From Acidobacteriota bacterium (GTDB lineage: Bacteria > Acidobacteriota > Thermoanaerobaculia > Multivoradales > UBA5704): a DNA stretch of 64,000 bases. The notes under the pieces are model-generated. The model did not search any database. It worked only from the letters and a program-made list of their open reading frames with translations, and was not told where the DNA came from. The stretch lies in NCBI GenBank assembly GCA_040005235.1, contig JBDTZG010000026.1, positions 13,354 through 77,353 of the forward strand, written 5' to 3'. Shown here piece by piece: positions 48,105-59,193 of the stretch (positions are counted from its first letter, which is position 1; the number at the start of each line of letters is the position of its first letter). The position numbers were made by a program, and so were the translations under genes.

Positions 48105-49751
48105 TTGGGCGAAAAGCAGGTCACCGACGATCTTTCCCTGCTGCTGGGCATCCTTCCGGACGCCGTGCGGCAGGCCCTGGCCGAGCGACCGGATCTCGAC
48201 CGGCTGCTGGAGATCGTGCTCGATCTCGGCCGGCTGCCGGAGGCGCGCTTCCCGGCGCGGGGCGAAGACATCGGTTTCGAACCGGTTTCGCGCGACGATC
48301 TCGCCCACGTGGTCGAGCGGGTCGGACGGTTCGGTGCGGACAATCGGGCGGGAATCGAGCGGACGCTCCACCGCATCTCGGCCCTGCGCAACCGGAACGG
48401 CCAGGTGGTGGGCCTCACCTGCCGGGTCGGCCGGGCGGTCTACGGCACGATCGATATCGTGCGCGACGTGATCGAATCGGAGCGCTCCCTTTTGTTGCTC
48501 GGTCGGCCGGGGGTGGGGAAGACCACCCTCTTGCGCGAGGCGGCCCGGGTGCTCGCCGACGAGCTCGGACGGCGGGTCGTGGTGGTCGACACTTCGAACG
48601 AGATCGCGGGCGACGGCGACATTCCGCACCCCGGCATCGGCCGCGCCCGGCGGATGCAGGTGCCGACCCCCGCCGAGCAGCATGCGGTGATGATCGAAGC
48701 GGTCGAGAACCATATGCCGCAGGTCATCGTGATCGACGAGATCGGCACCTCGGCCGAGGCGGCGGCGGCGCGCACGATCGCCGAGCGTGGCGTCCAACTG
48801 GTGGCGACCGCCCATGGCAATGCTCTGGAAAACCTGCTGCAGAACCCGACGCTCGCCGATCTGGTGGGCGGCATCCAGGCGGTCACCCTGTCGGACGAAG
48901 AGGCCCGCCGCCGCGGCACCCAGAAGACCGTGCTCGAACGGAAGGGCCCGCCGACCTTCGACGTGCTGGTCGAGATCCAGGACAAAGACCGCCTGGCCGT
49001 CCATCGCGACGTGGCCGAGGTGGTCGACCGTCTGCTGCGCCACATTCCGCCGGCCCCCGAGCTGCGGGTGCGCACCGCCGACGGTTTCGAAGTCCAGGCG
49101 CCCCCTGCTGGGCGCGTCGGGATCTCCGCGGCGTCCTCGGGCACGCCATCGAGGCCGAAACCAGCAAAGACCGGCTCCGACGAACCGAACGGTGGTGCCG
49201 AGGCAGGTCCCGCGCCCGCCGCGGCGAGATTGGAATCGAATTGGCCGGGCCGGCCGGTGAAGAGCCGGACTCGAAAGCTGTTTCCTTACGCGGTTTCGAG
49301 GAGCAAGATCGAACGTGCGCTCCGCAAGCTGCGGGTGCCGGTCCTGATCGTCGAAGACCTCGACGACGCCGATCTGGTGATCGCGCTCAAAGGCCAGGAG
49401 CGGCGCCAGCCGAAGAAGCTGCGCGAGGCCGCCGAGCGCGGCCTGCCAATCGGCGTCGTGCGCACCAACACCCAGGCGCAGATCGAAATCTTCCTGCGCG
49501 ACGTCTTCGGGCTCGACGAAGAGGAAGAGGGGACCGAGGACGTGGTGCTTCAAGAGGTCGAGACCGGAATCGACGAGGTCCTCGAAACCGGCCGCTCGGT
49601 GGAGCTGGCGCCCCGGGCGAGCCACCAGCGCCGGTTGCAGCACGAGCTGATCGCGAGCTCCGGCTTGGCGTCGCGGAGCCAGGGCGAAGAGCCGTTCCGC
49701 CGGGTGGTGATCTACCCCTCGGCCCGCTTCGCCCCCGCGGCCGACGCCTGA
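48105..49751 (+). CDS. SpoIIIAA/Ycf45-like AAA ATPase with C-terminal R3H domain
   Basis: [33 protein letters not shown]; RRLQHEL...[10 protein letters not shown]. Confidence 0.88.
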   Translation: MGEKQVTDDLSLLLGILPDAVRQALAERPDLDRLLEIVLDLGRLPEARFPARGEDIGFEPVSRDDLAHVVERVGRFGADNRAGIERTLHRISALRNRNGQVVGLTCRVGRAVYGTIDIVRDVIESERSLLLLGRPGVGKTTLLREAARVLADELGRRVVVVDTSNEIAGDGDIPHPGIGRARRMQVPTPAEQHAVMIEAVENHMPQVIVIDEIGTSAEAAAARTIAERGVQLVATAHGNALENLLQNPTLADLVGGIQAVTLSDEEARRRGTQKTVLERKGPPTFDVLVEIQDKDRLAVHRDVAEVVDRLLRHIPPAPELRVRTADGFEVQAPPAGRVGISAASSGTPSRPKPAKTGSDEPNGGAEAGPAPAAARLESNWPGRPVKSRTRKLFPYAVSRSKIERALRKLRVPVLIVEDLDDADLVIALKGQERRQPKKLREAAERGLPIGVVRTNTQAQIEIFLRDVFGLDEEEEGTEDVVLQEVETGIDEVLETGRSVELAPRASHQRRLQHELIASSGLASRSQGEEPFRRVVIYPSARFAPAADA

Positions 49752-50845
49752 GCGGTTTCCAGTGGGGCCGGCGGAGCCGGCGAGTCGTTCAGGCCGTCGA
49801 GCACGTTTTTGAACTCGACCGCGTAGATTTCCAGCACCGCGAGGAATAGCGCGGCCACCACCGGGCCGACGATGAAGCCCATGGCGCCGAACATCGCGAT
49901 GCCGCCCAGGGTCGAGAAGAAGACCATCAGGTCGTGCATGCCCGCCTCGTGGCCGACCAGCCGGGGGCGGATGAAGTTGTCGACGCCGCCGATCACCACC
50001 GTCGTGAGGATGATCATCAGAATCCCCTGCCAGATCTGTCCGGTGAGCAGCAGGAACACCGCCGCGGGGTAGAGCACCAGCCAGGCGCCGACGACGGGCA
50101 GGATCGACATGATGGTCGCCACCACGCCCCAGAGGATCGCCCCGTCGAGGCCGAAAGCCCAGAGCGTGATGGCGGCGAGGCTCCCTTGGACCAGGGCGAT
50201 CACCAGAGTGCCCTTCATCGTCGCCCGGGTGACCGAGGAAAAGCGGGTGATGATCGCGTCCAGATGGCCTTCCGGCAGAGGGATCAGGTACTTGATCCGA
50301 GGAAGGATCTTCTCGCTGTCGCGGAAGAAATAGAACAGCGTAAACAGGGTGAGGAACAGGAGGATCACCACATGGATCGTGCCCGACGACGTCGCCTTGA
50401 TCACCTCGGCGAGAAAGGTGCCGGCGCTCTTTGCCGCGTCCTGGGCGCTCGCGCTCCAGTCGAATTGATCGAGGTGCAGAGTGCGGAACCAGACGGAGCG
50501 CTTCATGGCGCCGAGCGGACCGGCGTCGCCCTCTTCGAAGAACTTGCGGAGCTGCGCCTCGGACGAGTTGTAGAAGTCGAGCGCCTCGTGGGCGACCAGG
50601 TTCGCCACCCAATACAGCGGTACCACGAGGCCGATGATCACCAACAGGCAGCAGATCAGCGCGGAGAGCGCCCTCCGGCCCCCGGTCTTCCTCACCAAGG
50701 CGTCGAACAGCGGCGCGAGCAGGGTGCAGAACACGGCGGCGAGCAGCACCGGGATCAAGAAATCCCGGACCATGTAGAAGAACAGCGCGGTAGTCGCGAT
50801 CAGGACGAAAACGAAAAAATTGCGGCTCAAGCGCGGTTCGTTCAT
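49712..50845 (-). CDS. AI-2E family transporter
   Basis: [28 protein letters not shown]. Confidence 0.9.
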   Translation of the reverse strand: MNEPRLSRNFFVFVLIATTALFFYMVRDFLIPVLLAAVFCTLLAPLFDALVRKTGGRRALSALICCLLVIIGLVVPLYWVANLVAHEALDFYNSSEAQLRKFFEEGDAGPLGAMKRSVWFRTLHLDQFDWSASAQDAAKSAGTFLAEVIKATSSGTIHVVILLFLTLFTLFYFFRDSEKILPRIKYLIPLPEGHLDAIITRFSSVTRATMKGTLVIALVQGSLAAITLWAFGLDGAILWGVVATIMSILPVVGAWLVLYPAAVFLLLTGQIWQGILMIILTTVVIGGVDNFIRPRLVGHEAGMHDLMVFFSTLGGIAMFGAMGFIVGPVVAALFLAVLEIYAVEFKNVLDGLNDSPAPPAPLETAQASAAGAKRAEG

Positions 50846-50976
50846 GGGCTACCTCGGGGGTTGGCGGTGGGGCATTCTTCCACGCTCCGGCCAAGTTCGG
50901 ACGGGAGGGGTTGAACGGATCTAGATCTCGGGTATGATCCGCGCCTCGCCGGAAAGATGTAGGCGACCTGATCGAA

Positions 50977-51855
50977 ATGCCCGAGAAGACTAATTTCATC
51001 TCGCCGACAGGGATCTTGCGGCCCATTTGCGCCGTGAGCGTCGTTCTGTGCGGCCTCGCCGCCGGGCCCGCCCGGTGCCAGGAGCCGCTCGCGCCTCCCG
51101 GGTCCTTCTCCGAGCCGACCGGCGCGGTCGTCCTTCTCCCGCCGAGCGGCGATGCGTCCGCAGGGCCGGCCCAGCCGAGCGGCGCGCGGGATACCGAACC
51201 GGCGGTCGGACCCGAAGCGATTCCCGCCCCGGGATCCACCTCGCCGTCCACGCCCCCCGCCGCCTCGCCTTCCTCGTCAAGCCTCTCCGGTTGCCTTCCC
51301 GATCTTCCGAACGAACCGCTCCTCGCCCGAAAATCTCTGCTGATCCCGGTCTTGGGGGTCGTGCGCAGCTCTCTCCACGACTCGTTCGTCCAACGTCGGA
51401 GTGGCGGCAGGACGCACCACGCGATCGACATTATGGCGCCGCGCAACTCGCCGATCCTCGCGATCGAAGACGGCACGATCGTCAAGCTCACCTACAACCG
51501 GCTCGGCGGCATCACCCTCTACCAACTCGACCCGACCGGCACCTACGCCTATTACTACGCCCACCTGGAGCGCTATGCGCCCGGCCTCGCCGCCGGTCAG
51601 TCGGTGCAGCGCGGCCAGGTGATCGGCTATGTCGGGACCTCGGGGAATGCGCCGAAGAATGCGCCGCACCTGCACTTCGCGGTCTACCGGCTTCCCCCCG
51701 AGGAGCGCTCCAGCTGGCTCGGCCAGCCGATCAATCCCTTCGAAATCCTCCATCCGAGCCATTGCGCCGGCCCGGAGGAGGGGAAGCTCGCGAAAGACAG
51801 CCGAACGGCTGCCGAGCTGGCCGCCGCCACGCTCTCCCTCGTGGCGCACCCCTGA
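50977..51855 (+). CDS. M23 family metallopeptidase
   Basis: [27 protein letters not shown]. Confidence 0.9.
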   Translation: MPEKTNFISPTGILRPICAVSVVLCGLAAGPARCQEPLAPPGSFSEPTGAVVLLPPSGDASAGPAQPSGARDTEPAVGPEAIPAPGSTSPSTPPAASPSSSSLSGCLPDLPNEPLLARKSLLIPVLGVVRSSLHDSFVQRRSGGRTHHAIDIMAPRNSPILAIEDGTIVKLTYNRLGGITLYQLDPTGTYAYYYAHLERYAPGLAAGQSVQRGQVIGYVGTSGNAPKNAPHLHFAVYRLPPEERSSWLGQPINPFEILHPSHCAGPEEGKLAKDSRTAAELAAATLSLVAHP

Positions 51856-51882
51856 TCCGGTTCTACCGAAACCCTCTCCAGC

Positions 51883-52836
51883 TCAGTGGTGCGGACCCGC
51901 GGCGAATTTCTTTTCGCCGGCCTCGACGCGCAGGTCGAGCCGATTCTGCTTCGGCGGTAGCGGGCAAGTCGCAAACGCGGTAAACGCGCAGGGCGGGTTG
52001 TACGCCTTGTTGAAGTCGACCACCACCTTGCCGTCCTTCGGCGGATCGGTATCCAGGAAACGTCCCGCGCCGTAGGTCTCTTTGCCGTTGGTGTCATCGG
52101 CAAAGATCAGAAACAGCTCTTCGCCCGGCTCGCCGAGGCCGTCAAGCCGATAGGTCTTGCCGCCGAATTCGAACACCACCGCGCCGGCCGACGAGGTGTC
52201 GTCGATTTGGCCCAGAATGTTCGGCACCGGCACCTTCTTGACCGGAACGTAGGGCTCGAACTTCGCCTCGAACCGCCAATCGGGCCGGGTCGGATAGGTG
52301 TCGATCCCCGGAAAGTTCTTCACCAGGGCGCTGCCCGTGTCCTTCACCCGCACCCCGAGCCGATCGCCGCGCTGGATCACGTAGAACCGGAGCGAGCCGA
52401 GCTCCAGATGGGTCGGTCCCCCCTTGTCGGCATCGATCGAGAGATCCATCTGGGTCACAGGCTTGCCGTCGCTGGTGAGACCCGATCCCGCCGCGGCGTC
52501 CACGCTGACCTTGTCGCCATGGCGAACGAACTTGCCGGCGACCTCCGGTCCGCTCCCCTCCGGAAAGATCACCCGGTTTTCCGCGCCGCTGCCGAACCGG
52601 TTGTCCCCCTCCTGAAGCCAGAACAAGCCGACCAACGACAGCCACCCATCCGGCCGTTTCAGACCGTCGATCCGCTCCTGCCGGAAGGCGTCGATCTCCT
52701 TCTGATATGCCCCGTCCGAAGCGGGTGCCGCCTTGGGTTCCGGGTCTGCGGCCCGGGCGGATGTCGGGGGCAGAAGAGTGATTCCCGCCACCAGAACGGC
52801 GGCGAAGGCGGGTGCAGCGAAACGGATCGAGAGCAT
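51883..52836 (-). CDS. DUF1684 domain secreted protein
   Basis: GWLSLVGLFWL, ETYGAGRFL, DFNKAYNPPCAFTAFATCPLPP. Confidence 0.9.
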   Translation of the reverse strand: MLSIRFAAPAFAAVLVAGITLLPPTSARAADPEPKAAPASDGAYQKEIDAFRQERIDGLKRPDGWLSLVGLFWLQEGDNRFGSGAENRVIFPEGSGPEVAGKFVRHGDKVSVDAAAGSGLTSDGKPVTQMDLSIDADKGGPTHLELGSLRFYVIQRGDRLGVRVKDTGSALVKNFPGIDTYPTRPDWRFEAKFEPYVPVKKVPVPNILGQIDDTSSAGAVVFEFGGKTYRLDGLGEPGEELFLIFADDTNGKETYGAGRFLDTDPPKDGKVVVDFNKAYNPPCAFTAFATCPLPPKQNRLDLRVEAGEKKFAAGPHH

Positions 52837-52933
52837 AGAGAAACCTCCAGTTATGCGGTCGGCGGGAAGCATAGCCCAGAGGCTACTCAGCGAGTGAAGA
52901 CGCACCTTGAAGTGTGAATAGAAAGACGCGCCC

Positions 52934-54478
52934 TCAGTCGTAGTGCTTGATCCGCGGCCAGAGGTCTGCCAGCCGTCCCTTCAACCCGTGGCAGACGTGG
53001 ATGTTCAGCCTGCTCTCGTAGGGCATGCAGTTCCGGCATTCGTAGATTGCGCCGAGCCGGACGTTTTCGAACAGCTTGCTTAGGGTGGCCTCGTCGTCGC
53101 CGATGACGATCATGCAGCTGCCATCCGCGCCGCGGGGTCCCCAGGGGTAGTAGTTGTTGTGGCCGGAGATCGCGTCGGGCAGACCGTAGCGGTCTCCAAG
53201 GACTTCGATCGCTCCTGCCTCGCCGTAGTTTTGGCCGAAGATCGCGCAGTGGCCGCGCTCCGCCTCCGGGACCTGCTGCCAGACCTGGCCCACAGTCGCG
53301 GCGAGGCCCTCCCAGCCGTGCATGTCCGCAAAATGTTGCGGCAGCCGGCCCATCTTGTGGTTTTCGGAAGATCCGGGCGCTTGGCCGATCGCGGCCTGGT
53401 AGCGGATGAACGTCTCGACCGGCAGGATCGGCAGGGCGAGCGGCGCGGTCAGAGTGCCGCCGATCGCGAGGAGGCCGAGCGCCGCGGGCTTCGGCCAGGC
53501 GAGCTGGCGATTGCCGAGCCAGCCGGCCAAGGCGAACGCGCCGACCGCGAACAGCAGCGGGTAGATTGGCGCGAGATAGTAGGGCTTGCCCCCTTGGGCC
53601 ACGAGCAGCGCGAAAATCGCGACGTAGGCGACCGCGACCGCCCGGTAGCGCCGCCCTGGCCGGGCGAAAGCGCACCAGGCGAGCGCGCCGAGCCAGAGCG
53701 GGAAGGTGAACGGGTGCATCTGCTTCACCTGCTCGGCGAGGAACGCGAGCCCTGAGTAGTGGACGTTCTTGTGCGCCGCGGCGTTCGCGGCGAATTCCCG
53801 CAGGGGCCAGCCGTTGGCGACCTGCCAGGCGAGATGGGGGGCAAACAGCGCCACAGCGAGCGCGCCACCGATCCATGGCCAGCGGTTGGCGAGCAGGCGC
53901 CGCTCCGGGGTCGCGACCAGGCCGATCACCACCCCCGCGCCCAGAAACGCCACGCTGACCTTGTTTTCAAGCCCGAGCCCCGCGATCGCGCCGAACGCCA
54001 GCCAGAGCCGCGGATCGGCACCGCGCAGAAGCTTGAGCAGAATCCATCCGAGGAGAGTCCAGATCAGAATGTCGATCACGTTCATCGACAGGTAGTGGAA
54101 GATGAACAGGTAGACCGGCGCCACGAGCGTCGCGAGGCTCGCGAGCGCTTCGGCGAACCGCCCGCCGCCCAGGTCCTTGGCGATCCAGCCGGCCAGAAAC
54201 ACCACGAGCCCGCCCGCGAGAATCGGCAGGACGCGCAACCCCTCGGGCCGGGTCCCGAATAGAACCTCCGAGATCCGCGCGAGCAGCGCCACCGCGGGAG
54301 GATGATCGACGTACCCCCAGGCGAGCCGCCGGCCGCAGGCGACGTAATACAGCTCGTCCCGGAAGATGCCGTACTTGCCGATCGTCGCGGCATGGAGCGC
54401 GACCCCAAGGGCGGCGATCCAAAACGCGGGAGAGAGCATCAGACTGGAGCGAGGGGCGGGCGAATCCGGTTCGGACAT
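52934..54478 (-). CDS. GT39/ArnT-like polyprenyl-phosphate-sugar glycosyltransferase
   Basis: FRDELYY...LAWGYVDHPP, multiple TMs, NYGEAGAI. Confidence 0.88.
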   Translation of the reverse strand: MSEPDSPAPRSSLMLSPAFWIAALGVALHAATIGKYGIFRDELYYVACGRRLAWGYVDHPPAVALLARISEVLFGTRPEGLRVLPILAGGLVVFLAGWIAKDLGGGRFAEALASLATLVAPVYLFIFHYLSMNVIDILIWTLLGWILLKLLRGADPRLWLAFGAIAGLGLENKVSVAFLGAGVVIGLVATPERRLLANRWPWIGGALAVALFAPHLAWQVANGWPLREFAANAAAHKNVHYSGLAFLAEQVKQMHPFTFPLWLGALAWCAFARPGRRYRAVAVAYVAIFALLVAQGGKPYYLAPIYPLLFAVGAFALAGWLGNRQLAWPKPAALGLLAIGGTLTAPLALPILPVETFIRYQAAIGQAPGSSENHKMGRLPQHFADMHGWEGLAATVGQVWQQVPEAERGHCAIFGQNYGEAGAIEVLGDRYGLPDAISGHNNYYPWGPRGADGSCMIVIGDDEATLSKLFENVRLGAIYECRNCMPYESRLNIHVCHGLKGRLADLWPRIKHYD

Positions 54479-54590
54479 GGTGGGAATCATGCCATGAGCC
54501 CTCGTCCGGAGAGCTCTTGGCAGCGTGATAATCTCTCTCGGGTAGTTGCCGCTTTCCTAGAAGAACCCCCGAGAGGCAGGTCTTTTCCGC

Positions 54591-55613
54591 ATGAGCCAGA
54601 CGATTACCGTACTCCCCGGCGACGGCATCGGGCCGGAGGTCACGAAAGCGACGCTTCGCGTGCTCGATGCCGCGGGCGCCGATCTCGATTACGAATTCCA
54701 CACCGCAGGCGCCGACGCCGTGGCGGAGGAGGGCGAGCCGCTGCCCGAGCGGGTGCTCGAATCGATCCGCCGCACCAAGGTGGCGCTCAAAGGTCCGATC
54801 ACGACCCAGGTGGGCAAGGGCTTCCAGTCGGTCAACGTCCAGCTGCGCCAGAAGCTCGACCTCTACGCGAACCTGCGGCCCACCCGTTCGCTCGAAAGCA
54901 TTCCGAGCCGGTTCGAAGGGGTCGACATCATCGTCGTGCGCGAAAACACCGAGGATCTCTACGCCGGCCTGGAGCACACGGTGGTGCCCGGGGTGGTCGA
55001 GAGCTTGAAGATCATCACCGAGGTCGCCTCCACCCGGATCGCGAGGTTCGCGTTCGAGTACGCCAAGCGCCACGGCCGCAAGCGGATCACCGCGGTGCAC
55101 AAGGCGAACATCATGAAACTTTCGGACGGCCTGTTTCTCTCCTGCTTCCGCAAGGTGGCGACCGAGTATCCGGAGATCGAATCGGACGACAAGATCGTCG
55201 ACAACCTGTGCATGCAGCTGGTGATGCGTCCAGAGGAGCAGGACGTGCTGCTGCTGCCGAACCTCTACGGCGACATCGTCTCCGACCTCTGTGCCGGCCT
55301 GGTCGGGGGCCTCGGCGTCGTGCCGGGCGCGAACCTCGGCCTCACGGTAGGGGTGTTCGAGGCGGTCCACGGCAGCGCGCCGGACATCGCGGGGAAGAAC
55401 TTGGCGAACCCTCTCGCGATGATCCGCTCCGCGATCTTGATGCTTTGGCACCTGGAGAAGGACGAGGCCGCCGCCCGCGTCCGCGCGGCGTTGCGCGACG
55501 TCATCGTGCGCCAGAGAATCCGCACCCGCGATCTCGGCGGCGAGGCGTCGACGACCCAGTTTGCCGACGCGGTGGTCGCCGCGATCGAGGCGGGAGCGAG
55601 CGCGACGGCGTAG
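54591..55613 (+). CDS. Isocitrate/isopropylmalate dehydrogenase family (NAD-IDH-like)
   Basis: PGDGIGPEV, RENTEDLY, VHKANIMK, NLYGDIVSDLCAGLVGGLG, FEAVHGSAPDIAG. Confidence 0.92.
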   Translation: MSQTITVLPGDGIGPEVTKATLRVLDAAGADLDYEFHTAGADAVAEEGEPLPERVLESIRRTKVALKGPITTQVGKGFQSVNVQLRQKLDLYANLRPTRSLESIPSRFEGVDIIVVRENTEDLYAGLEHTVVPGVVESLKIITEVASTRIARFAFEYAKRHGRKRITAVHKANIMKLSDGLFLSCFRKVATEYPEIESDDKIVDNLCMQLVMRPEEQDVLLLPNLYGDIVSDLCAGLVGGLGVVPGANLGLTVGVFEAVHGSAPDIAGKNLANPLAMIRSAILMLWHLEKDEAAARVRAALRDVIVRQRIRTRDLGGEASTTQFADAVVAAIEAGASATA

Positions 55614-55688
55614 TAAGGATTTGGATGCCCCGCCGGGGACTCGCCCGTCTCCCGGCGGAATGACGCAAAAACGTCGAAAAGAGAGGCC

Positions 55689-57725
55689 ATGACCGAGCCG
55701 GTGTCCTCAACCATCTCCCCGAACCCCGCGGTTTTGACCCTGGCGACCGCCTGCCCGTTCGACTGCCCCGACGCCTGTAGCCTGGAGGCCCGGGTGGAGG
55801 ACGGCCGGGTGACCAAGCTCGACGGCAGCCATCGGAATCCCTTCACCGCGGGGTACATCTGCGCCAAGGTGCGGCGTTACCCCGAGGCGGTCTATGGTCC
55901 GGATCGGATGACCCATCCGCTGCGCCGGGTCGGTGCCAAGGGCGAGGGCCGGTTCGAGCGGATCTCCTGGGATCAGGCGTTGGGCGAGATCGTCGAGCGG
56001 GTCGAGGCGCTGCGCGGGAAGGGCGTCCCCGAGGCGATTCTGCCGCTCTGTTACGGCGGATCGAACGGTCTGCTCACCCACGACTCGGTCGATGCGCGCT
56101 TCTTCCGCCGGATCGGCGCCTCGCGGCTGGCGCGCACGGTCTGCGCCGCACCCACCCGCCGAGTGGCGACCGCTCTCTATGGCCGGATGGCGGGGGTGGC
56201 GCCGCAGGACTTTCGCCATTCGCGCCTGATCGTCGTCTGGGGGACCAACCCCTCGGCTTCCGGGATTCACCTCGTGCCGCCGATCCGCGACGCCCGCGCG
56301 GCGGGAGCGAAGTTGGTGGTCATCGATCCCCGCCGGACGCCGCTGGCCAAGCAGGCCGACCTGCATCTCGCGGTCCGGCCGGGCACCGACCTCGCCGTAG
56401 CGCTCAGCATCCATCGGCACCTGTTCCGCACCGGGGCTGCCGATCTTGAGTTCCTCCGTTCCGCTGCCGACGGTTGGGAGGAACTGGAGCGCCGGGCCGA
56501 CGAGTGGACCTTCGAGCGCGCGGCGGAGATCTCCGGGGTGCCGGCCGCGGACATCGAACGGTTGGCCACCTGGTACGCCGAGACCTCCCCTGCGGTGATC
56601 CGCGTCGGCTGGGGGAGCGAGCGGAACCGCAACGGCGGCTCGGCCACCGCGGCGGTGATGGCGCTGCCCGCCGTAGGGGGCAAGTTCGGAGTCCGCGGCG
56701 GCGGCTATCTCCAGAGCAACTCGGGGATCTGGAACAACGATCTCGACGGCGCCGGAACGATCGCCGAGCCGGAGCCCGCGACCCGGCTGATCAACATGAA
56801 CAGGATCGGCGAGGCTCTGCTCGAAGCCGAGCCGCCGGTCGAGCTGCTGTTCGTCTACAACTGCAACCCGGCGATGACGCTCCCCAACCAGGAGAAAGTC
56901 CTGCGCGGCTTCGCCCGCGAGGATCTGTTCACCGTGGTGTTCGATCCCTTCCTAACGGACTCGGCGCTCTGGGCGGATCTCGCTCTTCCCGCGACGAGCT
57001 TCTTCGAGCATGCGGAGCTGAACCGCGGCTACGGCGCGATGTTGCTCCAGGACGCCCCCGCGGTGGCCGATCGGGTGGGAGAGTCGCGCCCGAACTACGA
57101 GGTGTTCGGCGAGCTGATCGAGCGGCTTGGGCTGACGCGTCCGGGCGATACGGTAAAACCGGAAGACGTCCGCGGAAAGCTCCTCCGTACGGCGAACGGT
57201 GCGGCTGAAACGCTCGACCGCGATGGGATCGTGTTCCCGACGTTCGGCCACGGGCCGATCCAGATGGTGGACGAGCTGCCGCGCACCCCCGACCGGAAAA
57301 TCCACCTCTGCCCGGAAGACCTCGATCGCGAGGCGCCGGGAGGGCTTTACGCCTTCCTCGACAACCCCTCCAACCTCGGTTTTCCGCTCACCTTGGTCTC
57401 ACCCGGCACTAGCAAGACGATTAGCTCCAGCCTCGCCCAATTGGTCAAGGAGCCCGCCGCGGTCGATCTGCACCCGGACGACGCTGCCGCCCGCGGGTTG
57501 AAGCATGGCGCCGCGGTCCGCGTCTGGAACGAGCTGGGAGAGGTCTGGTGCCTCCTTCGGGTCACTTCGGAAGTCCGTCCCGGAGTCGCCTCGCTCGCCA
57601 AGGGCTTCTGGGCTCGCCATACGGCGAACGGCCGCACCGCCAACGCCCTCGCGCCGGATGACCTCACCGACCTCGGTGCCGGCGCCTGCTTCAACGACGC
57701 GCGGGTGGAAGTGGCGGCAAGATAG
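55689..57725 (+). CDS. Molybdopterin-dependent oxidoreductase with N-terminal 4Fe-4S site
   Basis: CPFDCPDAC...ICAK, WGTNP, VIDPRRT, HPDDAAARG. Confidence 0.9.
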   Translation: MTEPVSSTISPNPAVLTLATACPFDCPDACSLEARVEDGRVTKLDGSHRNPFTAGYICAKVRRYPEAVYGPDRMTHPLRRVGAKGEGRFERISWDQALGEIVERVEALRGKGVPEAILPLCYGGSNGLLTHDSVDARFFRRIGASRLARTVCAAPTRRVATALYGRMAGVAPQDFRHSRLIVVWGTNPSASGIHLVPPIRDARAAGAKLVVIDPRRTPLAKQADLHLAVRPGTDLAVALSIHRHLFRTGAADLEFLRSAADGWEELERRADEWTFERAAEISGVPAADIERLATWYAETSPAVIRVGWGSERNRNGGSATAAVMALPAVGGKFGVRGGGYLQSNSGIWNNDLDGAGTIAEPEPATRLINMNRIGEALLEAEPPVELLFVYNCNPAMTLPNQEKVLRGFAREDLFTVVFDPFLTDSALWADLALPATSFFEHAELNRGYGAMLLQDAPAVADRVGESRPNYEVFGELIERLGLTRPGDTVKPEDVRGKLLRTANGAAETLDRDGIVFPTFGHGPIQMVDELPRTPDRKIHLCPEDLDREAPGGLYAFLDNPSNLGFPLTLVSPGTSKTISSSLAQLVKEPAAVDLHPDDAAARGLKHGAAVRVWNELGEVWCLLRVTSEVRPGVASLAKGFWARHTANGRTANALAPDDLTDLGAGACFNDARVEVAAR

Positions 57726-57732
57726 GGGCCGG

Positions 57733-59094
57733 ATGGCCACCCTCTTCGACGATCAGGAGCCTCCGAAAACGGCAGGTGTGCAGGAACCCGGTCCGGGCTC
57801 TCCTTTGCCGGAGCGGATGCGGCCCCGCACCCTCGACGAGATCGTGGGGCAGGAGGCGGTGGTGGGGAAAGATGGCTTCCTTCGCCGGGCGATCGAGGCG
57901 GACCGCGTGCCCTCTCTCGTCTTCTGGGGACCTCCCGGCTGCGGCAAGACGACCCTCGCTCGGGTGATCGCGACGGCGACCGCGGCGCGGTTCGTGCCGT
58001 TTTCGGCCGTGACCTCCGGCATCAAGGAGGTCAAGGAGGTGATGGCCGAGGCGGCCGAGCACCGCCGCCGTACGGCCAAGCGCACGCTCCTGTTCGTCGA
58101 TGAGATCCACCGCTTCAACCGCGCCCAGCAAGACGCCTTTCTTCCGTATGTCGAGCGCGGCGACATCGTGCTCGTGGGGGCGACCACAGAGAACCCGTCG
58201 TTCGAGATCAACGCGGCGCTCCTTTCTCGCTCGCGCGTCGTGGTGCTCGAACCGATTGGCGTAGAAGCGCTCGCGGGCCTGCTCCGCCGCGCGCTCGAAG
58301 ATCCGGAGCGGGGGTTGGGCGCCTTGGGGCTCGGCGCCGACGCCGAGGCGCTCGACTCGCTCGCGCAGCTCGCCTCGGGCGACGCCCGCAAGGCCCTGAA
58401 CCTTCTGGAGCTGGCCGCCGCCGATGCGGTCGAAGAAGGGCTGCCGGCGCTCACGCCCGAATCGGTCCGCCGCGTGGCGCAGAAGAAGGTCCTGCTCTAC
58501 GACAAGTCGGGCGAAGAGCACTTCAATCTGATCTCGGCGCTCCACAAGTCGCTCCGCGAAAGCGACCCGGACGCCGCGCTCTATTGGCTGTACCGCATGC
58601 TGGAAGCCGGTGAAGAGCCGCTCTACCTCGCGCGGCGAATGATCCGCTTCGCGAGCGAAGACGTCGGCCTCGCCGATCCGAACGCCCTGGTCCAAACTTT
58701 AGCCGCGGCCGACGCCTACCACCGCCTCGGCAGCCCGGAAGGCGAGCTGGCGCTCGCCCAAGCGTGCCTCTATCTGGCGCTCGCGCCCAAAAGCAACGCG
58801 ATCTACGCCGCGACCGGCCGGGTCAAAAAGACGATCGAAGAGCGCCCCGCCGAACCGGTGCCCCCCGTCATTCGAAATGCCCCCACCCGCCTGATGGCCG
58901 GGCTGGGCTACGGCAAAGGATACGTCTACGCCCCCGACACGCAAGAAGGCGTCGGCGGCCTCGACTGCCTGCCCGAAGCGCTCCAGGGCACCCGTTTCTA
59001 CCAGCCGAAAGGCGAGGGCTTCGAAGCTCGCCTCAAGGAGCGGATGGAGAAGTTCCGCGCGCTGCGGCAGACGGCCCGCGGGAAACGGGGGTAG
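57733..59094 (+). CDS. rarA: Replication-associated recombination protein A
   Basis: PLPERMRP, WGPPGCGKTT, FVDEIHRFN, GATTENPSF, ISALHKS, ASEDVG. Confidence 0.95.
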   Translation: MATLFDDQEPPKTAGVQEPGPGSPLPERMRPRTLDEIVGQEAVVGKDGFLRRAIEADRVPSLVFWGPPGCGKTTLARVIATATAARFVPFSAVTSGIKEVKEVMAEAAEHRRRTAKRTLLFVDEIHRFNRAQQDAFLPYVERGDIVLVGATTENPSFEINAALLSRSRVVVLEPIGVEALAGLLRRALEDPERGLGALGLGADAEALDSLAQLASGDARKALNLLELAAADAVEEGLPALTPESVRRVAQKKVLLYDKSGEEHFNLISALHKSLRESDPDAALYWLYRMLEAGEEPLYLARRMIRFASEDVGLADPNALVQTLAAADAYHRLGSPEGELALAQACLYLALAPKSNAIYAATGRVKKTIEERPAEPVPPVIRNAPTRLMAGLGYGKGYVYAPDTQEGVGGLDCLPEALQGTRFYQPKGEGFEARLKERMEKFRALRQTARGKRG

Positions 59095-59145
59095 CTTTTC
59101 CCTGGGCGCGCCAGGCTCCAGCCTGGCCGTTTTTCCGGGATCGGC

Positions 59146-59169
59146 TATGATTCGCGCCGCACTGCGGCG
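59146..59169 (+). promoter_or_regulatory. -10 box plus perfect palindrome CGCCGCA-C-TGCGGCG (PhaR-box-like)
   Basis: TATGAT at 59146-59151; palindrome at 59155-59169, 24 nt before the first ArsA-like ATG. Confidence 0.55.
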
Positions 59170-59193
59170 AACCCTCCGATTTCGAGCCCCCTC

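Noticed and set aside
48042-51491. 1149-aa minus-strand ORF, and other long Arg/Pro/Gly-rich ORFs such as 47408-49849, 21757-23610 and 8972-10624
   Set aside because: Off-frame or antisense shadows of recognisable genes, as expected in high-GC DNA.
55629-55680. c-di-GMP-I riboswitch (GACGCAAA) upstream of the molybdopterin enzyme
   Set aside because: It lacks the GGCAAA...GAAA tetraloop stem. It is simply a GC hairpin after the dehydrogenase stop.
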